From Calditrichia bacterium (GTDB taxonomy: Bacteria > Calditrichota > Calditrichia > JAJRVZ01), in contig CAVZSQ010000022.1 in NCBI GenBank assembly GCA_963777955.1, positions 448,001-512,000 on the forward strand: a stretch of DNA of 64,000 bases, read 5' to 3'. The notes under the pieces were generated by a model. The model made no database searches. It had not been told where the DNA came from and worked only from the letters and a program-made list of their open reading frames with translations. Position 1 is the first letter of the stretch. Every line of letters begins with the position of its first letter. The translations under genes and the position numbers were made by a program. Below are positions 10,788 to 23,043 of the stretch, piece after piece.

Positions 10788-11552
10788 ATGAAATTCATAT
10801 GTGTCATACCCGCCCGATATGGATCCACCCGTTTTCCCGGAAAACCACTGGCGCGCATCGCCGGTTCACCCATGATCGAATGGGTTTACAAGCGCGCTGC
10901 ACAGGTGAAATTATTCGAAAAAGTTATTGTGGCCACCGATGATCCCCGTATCCTGCAAACGGTACATGATTTTGGCGGTCAGGCCGAATTGACTCCGGCA
11001 GAGTTACCCTCCGGTACCGATCGTGTTGCTTATCTGGCCCGCAAAACTGATGCAGATGTGTATGTAAATTTACAGGGTGATGAACCGCTGATTGCCCCGC
11101 AATTATTGACTGATGTCTGTACGCCTTATTCCGATCAGGCCGTGCTGATGACAACTGCTGTCAGTAAAATAAATTCTGTTAAAGAACTGACCGATCCCAA
11201 TCTGGTACGGGTTGTGCTTGATAAACAGGGTAATGCTCTATATTTTTCCCGCGCGGTTCTGCCCTATTTACGGGATCAAACCGATATTAAAAAATGGTTC
11301 AAACAGCATGTATTTTACAAGCATATCGGCATCTATGCATATCGCAGAGATTTTCTGCTGCAACTTTCGGATTTGCCCCAGGGCAGTCTTGAACAGGCGG
11401 AGCGACTGGAGCAATTGCGCGTCCTGGAAAATGGCTTTAAAATAAAAACCGTTTTAACCGCCTATAATTCGCTCTGTGTCGATACACCCGAGGATTTACA
11501 TCAGATTGAGAATTTCATTAAATTAAATAAACTACAGATTGAGTCCAATTAA
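10788..11552 (+). CDS. kdsB: 3-deoxy-manno-octulosonate cytidylyltransferase
   Basis: IPARYGSTRFPGKPL, NLQGDEP, HIGIYAY, LEQLR. Confidence 0.96.
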   Translation: MKFICVIPARYGSTRFPGKPLARIAGSPMIEWVYKRAAQVKLFEKVIVATDDPRILQTVHDFGGQAELTPAELPSGTDRVAYLARKTDADVYVNLQGDEPLIAPQLLTDVCTPYSDQAVLMTTAVSKINSVKELTDPNLVRVVLDKQGNALYFSRAVLPYLRDQTDIKKWFKQHVFYKHIGIYAYRRDFLLQLSDLPQGSLEQAERLEQLRVLENGFKIKTVLTAYNSLCVDTPEDLHQIENFIKLNKLQIESN

Positions 11553-13184
<1,632 letters not shown>

Positions 13185-13225
13185 AGAAGAGGTTTGGCCT
13201 GAACGAGCGCAGGAAATTCTTTTTA

Positions 13226-14170
13226 TTGTTTTATGGCCCTAAGTCTGCAACAGCTGATCTGAATATTGAATATCTGACGGCCCAGGGTATTCGGCTGCTG
13301 TTTGCCGAGGATATGAAAACCGCCCTGGCTATCATGAAAAAAAATGTAGTGTCTACAGTATTGACTGTACATCAACAGGCACACGAATATGACGGTTCCT
13401 TTTTCCGTTATATAATGGGACAATACCCGAGTACTCAGCGGATCCTGTTATCACCTGTTGTAGACAAAGAGTTGATGGAGAAGGCAATCAATAAAACGCA
13501 TATCAACTATTTTCTACACCTGCCGGTACCGTTTGAGGATTTAGGCACGATCATAAAAAAATCATTCAAGCGTTACGATACTCTTGCTTCTCCTTACAAG
13601 AAAATTAATGAACTTAAGGAATATGTCCTAAAATTCAGGCACGAGGCGCAAACTGATACATTGACTCACTTGCTCAACCGCCGCGCTTTCATGAGTATTA
13701 TCAATCAGGCCTTGAAATTATTCCAGAGTAATCGCGATCCCTTTTCACTGGTTATGCTGGACCTGGATCATTTCAAACAATTGAACGATCAGTACGGGCA
13801 CCAGGCCGGGGACAAGGTATTGAGTATCTTCGGTGAACTGATTCACCGCAATACCCGGTCCGAAGACTCAGCTTTCAGATATGGCGGGGAAGAATTTGCG
13901 ATAATCACCCAGATGGCCTCGGTGGAAAATGTAAAAAGTTTTGTGGAAAGAATATTAAATGAAACCAGAGAAACAATAATTCATTACGAAAAGCAGCAAA
14001 TCCGCTTCACCTTCAGCGCCGGGATAGCCGGTATGGAAAAGTACGTAACCCGCCGGGAACTAATTCAGAGGGCCGATGCGGCACTTTATGCCGCCAAGCG
14101 ACAGGGCCGCAACCGGATCCTGATTTTTGACCAGGCAATGCCGGATGAGTTTAAACATCAAGCGAAATAA
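13226..14170 (+). CDS. Diguanylate cyclase (GGEEF) with degenerate receiver-like N-terminus
   Basis: DTLTHLLNRR, DLDHFKQLNDQYGH, RYGGEEF, ADAALYAAK; start uncertain. Confidence 0.88.
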   Translation: MFYGPKSATADLNIEYLTAQGIRLLFAEDMKTALAIMKKNVVSTVLTVHQQAHEYDGSFFRYIMGQYPSTQRILLSPVVDKELMEKAINKTHINYFLHLPVPFEDLGTIIKKSFKRYDTLASPYKKINELKEYVLKFRHEAQTDTLTHLLNRRAFMSIINQALKLFQSNRDPFSLVMLDLDHFKQLNDQYGHQAGDKVLSIFGELIHRNTRSEDSAFRYGGEEFAIITQMASVENVKSFVERILNETRETIIHYEKQQIRFTFSAGIAGMEKYVTRRELIQRADAALYAAKRQGRNRILIFDQAMPDEFKHQAK

Positions 14171-14387
14171 ATCAACTTTAACTAATACTAATTTCTCTAT
14201 TAAATAAATATATTTTCCTTTACAGAAGTTTCCCGCCATTACCTATTGTTTTTATTTGTCTTATACACTTTAATCCAATCTGCCGTGTAAAATATTAAAA
14301 TATTATTAAAATCATTCGATAATAGTAATAAGCCGGTGAAAGAAAAAAAATCTTGTTAAATTATATATATTACAATAATTTAACCGT

Positions 14388-15305
14388 ATGAATGGCAATA
14401 CCCAGCAGCAATTTTCGATCTGGTCGACTTTCGACAATATTTTAAAGGAAGCCGAGCGCCAATTTTATGAGTATAATTTTGACCAGGCGCTTAAACACTG
14501 GCAGGAATATGCGGAAATTACGGGCGAGAACAGATGGCGGCACGCCTTTAGTGATCTGAAACAATTGCTGGTCGAATACAGTTCGGCAAAATTAACCGAT
14601 CCCCAGCAGTATTTTGAACAATGGCTGCGAATCCGGCGGCGTCTGCATGATAACCAGATCAGTCTCTATGCTTTTGAACGCATGCAACGTTTGTATGCCA
14701 AAGTATTTCTGTCGACCAAGACGACCGTTTCATTTGACCTGGCCACAGGCATATTCTGTTATATCGAGGACAGAACAGACAAAGCCATCGAAAATCTGAA
14801 CGTGGTGATCAACCAGCAGCCCGATAATTTACTGGCCCGCATTTTTCTTAATAAATGTTATTATAAAATGAATGATGCTGAGAATGGTAATGCCTATTTA
14901 ACCCAGGCCTTATTCCTGGGCGGCGATGAAATCGTAGCCGACGACATCGGTTCTGACGAGATAAAAAATCTGCATGGACGGTTGAAATCATTACATGGTA
15001 AGGGCGAAGCGGGTTTGTGGCTGGTGCCTTTTGAGGCGTGGTTCAGAAACTGGCTGGCCTGGAAGGAAGATATATCGTTCTTCCAGGTCATGCAGCAGAA
15101 GGAACGTAATGAACGAATCCTGCAGGTCAAATATTATGCCTCGGAAAAATACCGGCATTTTGTACGCTGCCTGTATATTGCCGAATATGTGCGGCAATTC
15201 ATTGCCAAAGAAAAAGGTATCATCTGGGAACAGGAAGCCTATATGGAGAAACTGGATACCGGCCTGTTCCAGAGATATCGCAAGAAAAGAAAACCACTGG
15301 CCTGA
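14388..15305 (+). CDS. Hypothetical TPR-like protein
   Basis: Long ORF with TPR-like segment KAIENLNVVINQQPDNLLARIFL. Confidence 0.65.
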   Translation: MNGNTQQQFSIWSTFDNILKEAERQFYEYNFDQALKHWQEYAEITGENRWRHAFSDLKQLLVEYSSAKLTDPQQYFEQWLRIRRRLHDNQISLYAFERMQRLYAKVFLSTKTTVSFDLATGIFCYIEDRTDKAIENLNVVINQQPDNLLARIFLNKCYYKMNDAENGNAYLTQALFLGGDEIVADDIGSDEIKNLHGRLKSLHGKGEAGLWLVPFEAWFRNWLAWKEDISFFQVMQQKERNERILQVKYYASEKYRHFVRCLYIAEYVRQFIAKEKGIIWEQEAYMEKLDTGLFQRYRKKRKPLA

Positions 15306-15343
15306 TAATACCTCTTTGTAACGAATATTCCGGTTTTGATAAA

Positions 15344-16024
15344 ATGAAACTTGCAGTAAAAGGCGTTCTGTTTGATCTGGATGGTGTGGTTCTGAAAAGT
15401 ATGGAACAACATCTGCAGGCCTGGCAATTTGCTTTTGATCAGATCGGACTGCACCTGGCCAGGGAAGAATTCTATAAACTGGAAGGTCGCGGTGTTCGTT
15501 CGGTAGTTGATGAATTGGCCAAAAAACACGGGTTGAGTGCTGATATAAAACCCGGGATCATTGAAACAAAAATGGCTTATTATAACCGGATCTATAAACC
15601 CGAATTCTACAGCGGACTCTTCGAACTTCTGGAATTGCTGAAAAAGAAGCTGATCAAAACCGCTATTATTACCGGGGCAAACCGGGCGCGCCTGGATGAA
15701 CTGCTGGCCGGTCATTTAAAAGGATTTTTTGAGACCGCGGTGACCTGCGATGATGTCACCAATACCAAACCGTTTCCCGAGCCTTATCTGAAAGGTGCAA
15801 ACTTACTGCAATTAAATCCGGTCGAATGCCTGGTAATCGAAAATGCACCGCTGGGCATTCGTTCGGCAAAAGAAGCCGGCATGACCGTAATCGCGGTACG
15901 CACCACCCTGCCGGATAAATACCTGCGGCAGGCGGATTATATTGTGGATGATTTGATTGCAGGTGTTGGAGTCAGTGAAGGGGATTTTGATAAAAGAGGG
16001 ATACATAGGTACATAGGCACATAG
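15344..16024 (+). CDS. HAD-superfamily phosphatase (beta-PGM/CbbY-like)
   Basis: FDLDGV, KPFPEPY, IENAPLGI; C-terminus possibly frameshifted. Confidence 0.88.
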   Translation: MKLAVKGVLFDLDGVVLKSMEQHLQAWQFAFDQIGLHLAREEFYKLEGRGVRSVVDELAKKHGLSADIKPGIIETKMAYYNRIYKPEFYSGLFELLELLKKKLIKTAIITGANRARLDELLAGHLKGFFETAVTCDDVTNTKPFPEPYLKGANLLQLNPVECLVIENAPLGIRSAKEAGMTVIAVRTTLPDKYLRQADYIVDDLIAGVGVSEGDFDKRGIHRYIGT

Positions 16025-16077
16025 TAAAATAAATAATTAATAATATTACGAATGAGAGGAATAAAATATTATTTTTA

Positions 16078-16638
16078 TTAAGAGTCTGACTGTTTTTTCT
16101 TTGTCCCTTTGTCTCTATGTCGATCTGTCCCTTCGTTAATTATCCCCCCAACTTTCTTCGGATACTCATACAGGATTTTCTGCCCGCATTTCTTGCCCAA
16201 TTCGGACCATGCTTTGATTTTTAATCTCAGCCCATAAATACTGCAGGTGGGAAGATTGGAGACCTGCTCATCGGCCAGCTCATTTACCAGGGCGGTCATA
16301 CCGGGATTGTGGCCGACGATCATGACCTGGTCATGTTCATTTTTCAGTGCACTTAGTATATCATAGAGCATAGCAATGGAAGCCAGATATATTTTTGGAT
16401 CAAATAGAATATTTGACGCTGAATATTTTATTTGCTCGCTGATTAAGCGGGCGGTCATCGCAGCGCGGGTGGCCGGACTCGATAACAGCAGATCAGGAAT
16501 TATTTTCTGCTCCTTTAATAATTTACCCAGCATGATCGCATTGCGGTGACCGCGATCAGTGAGCGGCCTTTCGAAATCATCCAGGGCCACCTGATCCCAA
16601 CTCGATTTGGCATGCCTGACGATGTATAAATATTTCAC
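16078..16638 (-). CDS. sixA: SixA-like phosphohistidine phosphatase
   Basis: VRHAKSSW, DFERPL, SSPATRA, VGHNPG. Confidence 0.85.
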   Translation of the reverse strand: MKYLYIVRHAKSSWDQVALDDFERPLTDRGHRNAIMLGKLLKEQKIIPDLLLSSPATRAAMTARLISEQIKYSASNILFDPKIYLASIAMLYDILSALKNEHDQVMIVGHNPGMTALVNELADEQVSNLPTCSIYGLRLKIKAWSELGKKCGQKILYEYPKKVGGIINEGTDRHRDKGTKKKQSDS

Positions 16639-16805
16639 ATTGTGTTCCTATTTTTGGCTTCCGCTTTATAACATTTTACCTGTCATCAAGCCATTTTTAT
16701 TTTTTGTGAATTACACTAAGTCTATTATAAATCTAAAATCAGATAAATTATTGTAAATAAAATCTTTTTGATAGATTTTAATAGTCTATAGTTAAATGAA
16801 TGATA

Positions 16806-18401
16806 CTATTTCAACATAATTATTTTTTTAATTTCATAATTATTTTGTGTTTTAAATCTTGGTATTGATGTTGTCATTTTTACAAAATAAATACCGCTCG
16901 AAACTAATTGCGCTTCATCATTACTGCCATTCCAAATTAATTCATGTTCACCTTGTGATTGCTCGGCATTGATCAGTGTTCTTATTTTTTGGCCATTTGA
17001 ATTGTATATTTCAATGAATACCAGGCATTTTGAAGGCACGGAATACCTAATCTTTGTTTCCAAATTAAATGGATTGGGATAATTTTGATAAAGCCGGAAT
17101 CCATTCTGCGGATATAAATCTTTATATTTATCTATTTCATTAAGTTTATTTAAGGAATAGATAGTAATTTTGCCTAATGGATTTTCGTAGTTCGGAAATC
17201 CGCGTTCTGCAATAGCGAATTCCTCATAGCCATCATTGTTTATATCACCGATTATTGACATATTTTTTGAGAATTCACCCCAGTGTGTACCTCCGGTTAA
17301 AGTTAAGTCAGGGAATGTGTCTAGAATTTTCCCCCCAAGGAACACATGGGCAATGCCGACCATTTCATTTAATTCATTTGTATAATTTGGATTTCCTAAA
17401 ATCAAATCGTTATGACCGTCATTATTTATATCGCCTCCCGTCCCTACCCGTGGATTACCTGAATTTTCTTTATAACCCCATTTTCTTATATTTATAGCAA
17501 TACAAGTATCAAGCCCAGAATATATATATGCATATCCGTCAGAAGTAATAATAAACTCACTCATGTCATCTTGATTTATATCTCCTGCATTATGAAGTTC
17601 ACTCCCAAAACAAAAATCATTTTCTCGAAATATCCTGTCCGGGATACTATCCATCTGATTACTTCCAAAATTAAGCATCACCCTTCCAGAATCGTCAGAA
17701 GGGAAATCATAAGAAGGTGCGCCAATAATTATATCACTAAATTGGTCATTATTAATATCCCCGATACCACATACTGCCCCACCAAAAAAATTTCCGACTG
17801 TATCACCTAGGAATCTTACAAAAGGGATATTGTTAATATTCTCACTCCCCAGAAAAAGATATGCCCTGCCCATCCCATCAGACCAATTGTATGCAGATCC
17901 AATTAAAAAATCATTATAATTATCACCATTGACATCGCCGACTCCGGCCATAGATGAGCCCAGCTCGTCCTGTATCCATGGTTCAGTAAATTCGAAATCC
18001 GGAATCGTATCCATAGGTGATTCCCCTAAATAAAGCAAGATCCTTCCTTTTGGGAAAATTGTACCCTCGACATATGTTTTAACCAGAATATCATCAAAAC
18101 CGTCATTATTAACATCGCCGGCGCCGGCAATATTGCTGGCGCTGAACCTTAAATCGGCAGTAGTATCAAAAGGAGAACCACCCAAATATAATTTTGCATA
18201 ATGTCCATAAATTGAGCATACAAAAACATCGTCAAATCCATCACCATTGACATCACCTGCTTTTGATACTAATTCTAACTGATCACCGGTTTTTTCACCT
18301 AAGAGTGTCGCCAGAACATAAACACTATCCTGTGAGCAAACACGATTAACTGACGACAAAACAAATAGGAAAGTAAGTATGAGAATTACTAAATTTTTCA
18401 T
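16806..18401 (-). CDS. FG-GAP/integrin-alpha repeat secreted protein with FlgD-Ig-like C-terminal domain
   Basis: Seven GD(V/I)NxDxxx(D/E) repeats; YQNYPNPFN C-terminal domain; visibly AT-rich. Confidence 0.88.
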   Translation of the reverse strand: MKNLVILILTFLFVLSSVNRVCSQDSVYVLATLLGEKTGDQLELVSKAGDVNGDGFDDVFVCSIYGHYAKLYLGGSPFDTTADLRFSASNIAGAGDVNNDGFDDILVKTYVEGTIFPKGRILLYLGESPMDTIPDFEFTEPWIQDELGSSMAGVGDVNGDNYNDFLIGSAYNWSDGMGRAYLFLGSENINNIPFVRFLGDTVGNFFGGAVCGIGDINNDQFSDIIIGAPSYDFPSDDSGRVMLNFGSNQMDSIPDRIFRENDFCFGSELHNAGDINQDDMSEFIITSDGYAYIYSGLDTCIAINIRKWGYKENSGNPRVGTGGDINNDGHNDLILGNPNYTNELNEMVGIAHVFLGGKILDTFPDLTLTGGTHWGEFSKNMSIIGDINNDGYEEFAIAERGFPNYENPLGKITIYSLNKLNEIDKYKDLYPQNGFRLYQNYPNPFNLETKIRYSVPSKCLVFIEIYNSNGQKIRTLINAEQSQGEHELIWNGSNDEAQLVSSGIYFVKMTTSIPRFKTQNNYEIKKIIMLK

Positions 18402-18773
18402 TATGTTTATTTATAATAATTTTGGTGTCTAACTTTAATAATCACTTTATTCTTAATCAAAACTTTCTTATTACTGGATTTTCTTTTAACTAGATATAAA
18501 AGTAAACATGCACCTAAAACTAAAACACTTTAATTATCTTATACTAACCGACTAAAAGACAAAACTATGATTAAAAGTAGCAGTATGATTCACCTGGCAA
18601 TATTTGAAATAACAGCTTAATATTTATAGTATAATTCAATTAATTATTAAAGCAATAAAAATTTTGAAATAATAAATCTTTGTTCTTTTTCTTTTATCAT
18701 TTTTATTTTGGCTTTTTTCTTTTATCTTTTTAGCGAATATTTATCCATTCTTGTTTAGCAATGGGAGGTCAAG

Positions 18774-20477
18774 ATGCTCAAAAATATCCTGATAAGTCTG
18801 CTCAGCATATTTATTTTATCGGCCAATTTACAGGCAGAGAATTATCTGCTGAACGGCGGACAAAAATCCACGATCAAATATTCCCTGATACAAAAAATTG
18901 ATCCCACTCCCCAGACTGTTACAGTTGACCTGACCTTTGTCATACCACAGACTTTTAAATCAGCCACTTTCAGATCAGGAAATTTCCGGGTTGAAATTCA
19001 ATTTCAGTACAGAACCGGCTAAAAAGAGCGAGAGTGAAGATCAGTACGGTAATAAAATCATCAAATATTCCTGGTTGAACCCCAGGACATCGTTTCAGGC
19101 CGGTGTGGAATTCATGGCTGACAATTCGGTAAGTTTAAAACAACTTGAAACTACAACTCCTTTCCCCCTGGGAAATCTTAATGCCGATTTAAAAAGATAT
19201 TTAACCAGCAGTGAACAGGTGCCGCTGGATAATACCGAGATAAAAGCCAGGGCAGCTGAACTGGTAAAAAATTGTAAAACCGAATTTATGGCGGTCCAGA
19301 ATATACTGACTGGGTTATCGATCACATGCAGTATGTATTAACACCCCCCGAATATGGTGCCCTGTATTCGCTGCAAAGCGGTAGAGGTAATTGTCAGAAT
19401 TATTCACACTTGGCCGCCGCCTTATTGCGCTGCAGCGGTATCCCGGTGCGGATCGTGAACGGTATTACACTTAAAGAACCTTACGATATAAAAGTAGGCA
19501 CTCAGATCCTGACCCTGAACATGGCCCAGGGCAGGCATTCCTGGATTGAAGTATATTTTCCCGACCTGGGTTGGATGCCATTTGATCCGCAGCAGAGCGA
19601 ATTGTTCGTCAGCAACCGTTTCATACGCGTGGAAATCGGTCTGGATAATCAGACAACCGTCAATGACGGACTGGTGCGCTGGACCAGGGAAAAAGGCTCC
19701 CAGGCCTCCCTGGCTTTTGCAGAAAATATCGAAGCGGACTTTTTAGCCGATCAGATTACCATTGATGGCCGCCGCGAAGAATTCGGTCCGCGAAAATTAT
19801 TGCTGGGTCCGGCGGTAACAGCCAATTTTGTTCCTGTAGAGCAGCCGGCAACGCCTAAGGTCGAGAGACCTGCACAAATGGATCAGACCCAACTGCCGCA
19901 ATTGACCTATTCCAAAGCGTTCATATATGGTAATATCGAATTTCCCGAAGGGGTAAATTTTGCTTTTAACCGCGTGGAAAAAGAAAGTGGCGAAGAGGAT
20001 ACCCAGGAGTTACAGAAAAATTTTCTGGTCGAAACGGCTGAATATGTGACCAGTAAATTGCAGTATTGCCAGATTTTTGTGCTGGATAAACCCCTGCGGC
20101 TGGAGAAAATCGGATTGGCCTTACAGAAGTTTGGCGGGCAGGGCCAGTTGTGGCTGGAACTGCGCGAGGATCAGCAGGGACAGCCGGGTCCGGTAGCGGC
20201 CCGTTCCGCCAGTATCGATCTGAATAAACTTTCCTCGAAACCCGGGTATTTCTGGGCGGATTTTGATTTCTCCGGCCAGCAACTGTTATTGACACCGGAC
20301 CGCTATTGGATCTCCCTCTCCTATTCCGGTACTCCGATTGTGAATTGGTTTTACAGTTATGGTAAACCGGTCGGGCCTATTGATGGTACCCGTTACAAAG
20401 AACCTATGGAAACCGGCTGGGGTAAGAGTCTGAGCTATGAATTCAATTACAGGGTGGTGGGATTAACACCTCCGTAA
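18774..20477 (+). CDS. Secreted transglutaminase-like protein split by two frameshifts
   Basis: Three overlapping ORFs (18774, 18937, 19326); GNCQNYSHL, HSWIEVY and WMPFDP triad motifs. Confidence 0.8.
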
Positions 20478-20482
20478 GCTAA

Positions 20483-20551
20483 GCACTTAGGCACTTAGGC
20501 ACTTAGGCACTTAGGCACTTAGGCACTTAGGCACTTAGGCACTTAGGCACT
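20483..20551 (+). repeat. Tandem 8-mer (GCACTTAG)x8 plus partial copy
   Basis: Counted directly; about three inverted copies at 21054-21078. Confidence 0.95.
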
Positions 20552-20628
20552 ATAATAATTAAAACATATAATTTATATAAATTTTAGGTTTATAAAAATA
20601 TTGGTACGATTGTTGTATTATCAGTTCC

Positions 20629-21030
20629 ATGGATAAGATTGAAAATGGAAAGTCAACCAGGATAAATACGTTTAGAGATTTAATTGTATGGCGTAAGGCC
20701 ATCGATTTTGTCACTTCTATTTATAAATTGACCACTTCTTTTCCCGCAAATGAGTTATATGGATTGTCATTACAAATACGCAGATGTGCGGTTTCAATAC
20801 CGAGTAATATCGCTGAAGGGTATGGACGAAGATCGACAAAGGATTATATTCGATTTCTCAATATTGCCATGGGATCGATATATGAATTACAAACTCAACT
20901 TGAAATAGGCTTGAATTTAAATTTTATTTCTAAATCGAACTATGAGTCTAATTATAAAAAAATCCGGGAAATTGAAATTATATTAAGATCATTAATAACC
21001 AAAATTCACCAATCAAACTTAATTACTTAA
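20629..21030 (+). CDS. Four-helix-bundle protein (23S rRNA IVP / Avd-like family)
   Basis: FRDLIVWRKA, FPANELYGLSLQIRRCAVSIPSNIAEGYGR, FLNIAMGSIYELQTQL. Confidence 0.92.
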   Translation: MDKIENGKSTRINTFRDLIVWRKAIDFVTSIYKLTTSFPANELYGLSLQIRRCAVSIPSNIAEGYGRRSTKDYIRFLNIAMGSIYELQTQLEIGLNLNFISKSNYESNYKKIREIEIILRSLITKIHQSNLIT

Positions 21031-21053
21031 TTTAGTATCTGGATGTTTTTCTT

Positions 21054-21078
21054 CCTAAGTGCCAAGTGCCTAAGTGCC
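21054..21078 (-). repeat. Inverted copies of the GCACTTAG 8-mer
   Basis: CCTAAGTGCCAAGTGCCTAAGTGCC is the reverse complement of about three units. Confidence 0.9.
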
Positions 21079-21666
21079 TTATTCGTCTCTCTGTCTCTTT
21101 GTCACTTCATTATTTTCCCCCGACCTCTTCCACTCCCGATAATATGCTAGCAAGGATGAAAGTGAATCCTGGGGAGCCGAAGTAACTTTTATATATAAAT
21201 CCCGTTGTTCTTTGGGCCAGGTCAGGATTGTATTTTTTTCCAGTTTTATTACCTTTCCGTTGCATTCAATTTTTTCTTTATCATCGTTGCTCATAGTCAT
21301 GATCCGTTCATCGTTTTGAATGGTCGATTGTTCATCATCCAGTGCAAGCTTGCGAAATATTCCTTGCTCATAAGCGACTAATTGTCCATTTTCTTCCGCA
21401 ATTTTGCGATTCTGGATATAAATTCCTGACTCCAGACCATCCAGCAGAAATTCATCACCGGTTACCATGTTCAACAAATCTTCGAAATCAGCGCGAATTT
21501 TGGCGGTATCCTGTTCGCTGCTTTGAATATTACTGTAGCGGACAGTGATGCTCCCGGAGTTAAGGTTTTCGTTGAAGTGAATAGTATATTCAACCACTTC
21601 ATACCACAAACAACCGGAAAGCAGGGTAAATAAAAGAATGAGACTCAGCGATGTGATTTTTTTCAT
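21079..21666 (-). CDS. Hypothetical lipoprotein
   Basis: Signal peptide with LSGC lipobox; third gene of the ECF operon. Confidence 0.75.
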   Translation of the reverse strand: MKKITSLSLILLFTLLSGCLWYEVVEYTIHFNENLNSGSITVRYSNIQSSEQDTAKIRADFEDLLNMVTGDEFLLDGLESGIYIQNRKIAEENGQLVAYEQGIFRKLALDDEQSTIQNDERIMTMSNDDKEKIECNGKVIKLEKNTILTWPKEQRDLYIKVTSAPQDSLSSLLAYYREWKRSGENNEVTKRQRDE

Positions 21667-21667
21667 A

Positions 21668-22343
21668 TTAAGCTCCTTGTTTTTCCAAATTATTAAGGAA
21701 AGAAATTAATTCTGATATTGTAAGATATGTTTTATATTTTTTTATGGATTGAATTTTTTCCAGACAATTGTCGACAGGTACGGATGTATCATAAATTGGG
21801 CTGATCAGTCCGCTGGCAGACAGGTCAGTGGGTAATCCGGACTGTTCCAGTTTGAAATTCCCGATCCCTTTTTTTTGCAGGAACAGTAACTGCTTTTCAA
21901 TGAAGGCCAGTGGTATTTTATTGTCGGCTAACATGGCCTCGATCCGGGAACCGCTACGGGAAAGCATCGACCCGGACGGATTCAATGGAGTCCGGCCTGA
22001 ACTGCCGGTTCAGTATGGGAACTTTGCTAAAATAACTGATCAGCGCGATGCCCAGGATCAGAATTGCTGCGGCGACATAGAAAATCCTGCTTCTGAATAT
22101 ACCAGGAATTCCACCCTTGATCATCTGCTGATTCACCGGGGTCAAGACATTGACCGGCAGGATTAAGGGGGGCGCTGATGCTATTTCAAGATCGATACTG
22201 TAAAAAACCTGCAGATACTGTTTATATTCCGCCCGGCAATCCTGACAATGCTGCAAATGATCGAGCACAGGTATACGCTCGAAGCCGCTCAGTTCCCGCC
22301 GGACCAGGCCGGGAATGTTTTCTCTGATTTGATCACAGCTCAT
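21668..22343 (-). CDS. zf-HC2 anti-sigma factor, frameshifted near 21970
   Basis: HLQHCQDC motif plus TM helix; overlaps the ECF sigma stop; continues in ORF 21668-21985. Confidence 0.78.
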
Positions 22344-22848
22344 ACCAATACTCCATGGTGATATTATATTGTTTTTCCAGTGTTGCTTTAATTTTCTTTC
22401 TGGCCAGATGCAGATTACTGCGCAGATTGGCCGGACGTGTATTCATCAGCACGGCAATTTCATCGAATTCAAAACCTTCCAGATCTTTCAGGATAAATAC
22501 CGCCTGCTGTTTGGGTTTCAAGTGCCGTGAGCAGACCAGGATAGCCTCGAATAATTCACGCGAATCTTTGGGTGTTCCGCTGCTGAGTTGGGCCAGCTCA
22601 GTTGCCGATTCCAACAGCTGATATTTTTTGTGCCGTAGCCAGTCAATGGCCAGATTTATGGAGATGCGATATAAATAGGTACAGGCAGCCCGCTGGTTTT
22701 CCATTTGCTGATGATGTTTCCACAGTTGCACGAAGGCGTCCTGCATTAAATCCCGGGTGTCCTCCTGAGAATGAACCAGGCGGTAGATAATTCTGGCCAT
22801 AGAATCACGGTACTTGGCCACCAGGGTCTGGAATTCAGTCTCATTCAT
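22333..22848 (-). CDS. ECF RNA polymerase sigma factor
   Basis: DLMQDAFVQLW, YLYRISINLAID, LKPKQQAVFILKDLEGFEFDEIA. Confidence 0.9.
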   Translation of the reverse strand: MNETEFQTLVAKYRDSMARIIYRLVHSQEDTRDLMQDAFVQLWKHHQQMENQRAACTYLYRISINLAIDWLRHKKYQLLESATELAQLSSGTPKDSRELFEAILVCSRHLKPKQQAVFILKDLEGFEFDEIAVLMNTRPANLRSNLHLARKKIKATLEKQYNITMEYWYEL

Positions 22849-23043
22849 ATAGCAGGACCTGTTTTCTTATATAAACGTTTGAACAAAAGAAATATCAAGT
22901 ATATTTTATCTTACTGCCTGACTTTGTTTAAGAATCAACTTGCAAATTTCCGTGAAAAGTGTAATCTTTTAGTCTGGGTTTATCAAAACCAGGTAAAAAA
23001 AGTAACTTAATCCAATATCAACTGCAAAGGGAAATTATCAGGG

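Noticed and set aside
20483..20551. CRISPR array
   Set aside because: Contiguous 8-mers without spacers; no cas genes in the window
20629..21030. Diversity-generating retroelement (Avd-like gene)
   Set aside because: No reverse transcriptase and no TR/VR pair seen in the window
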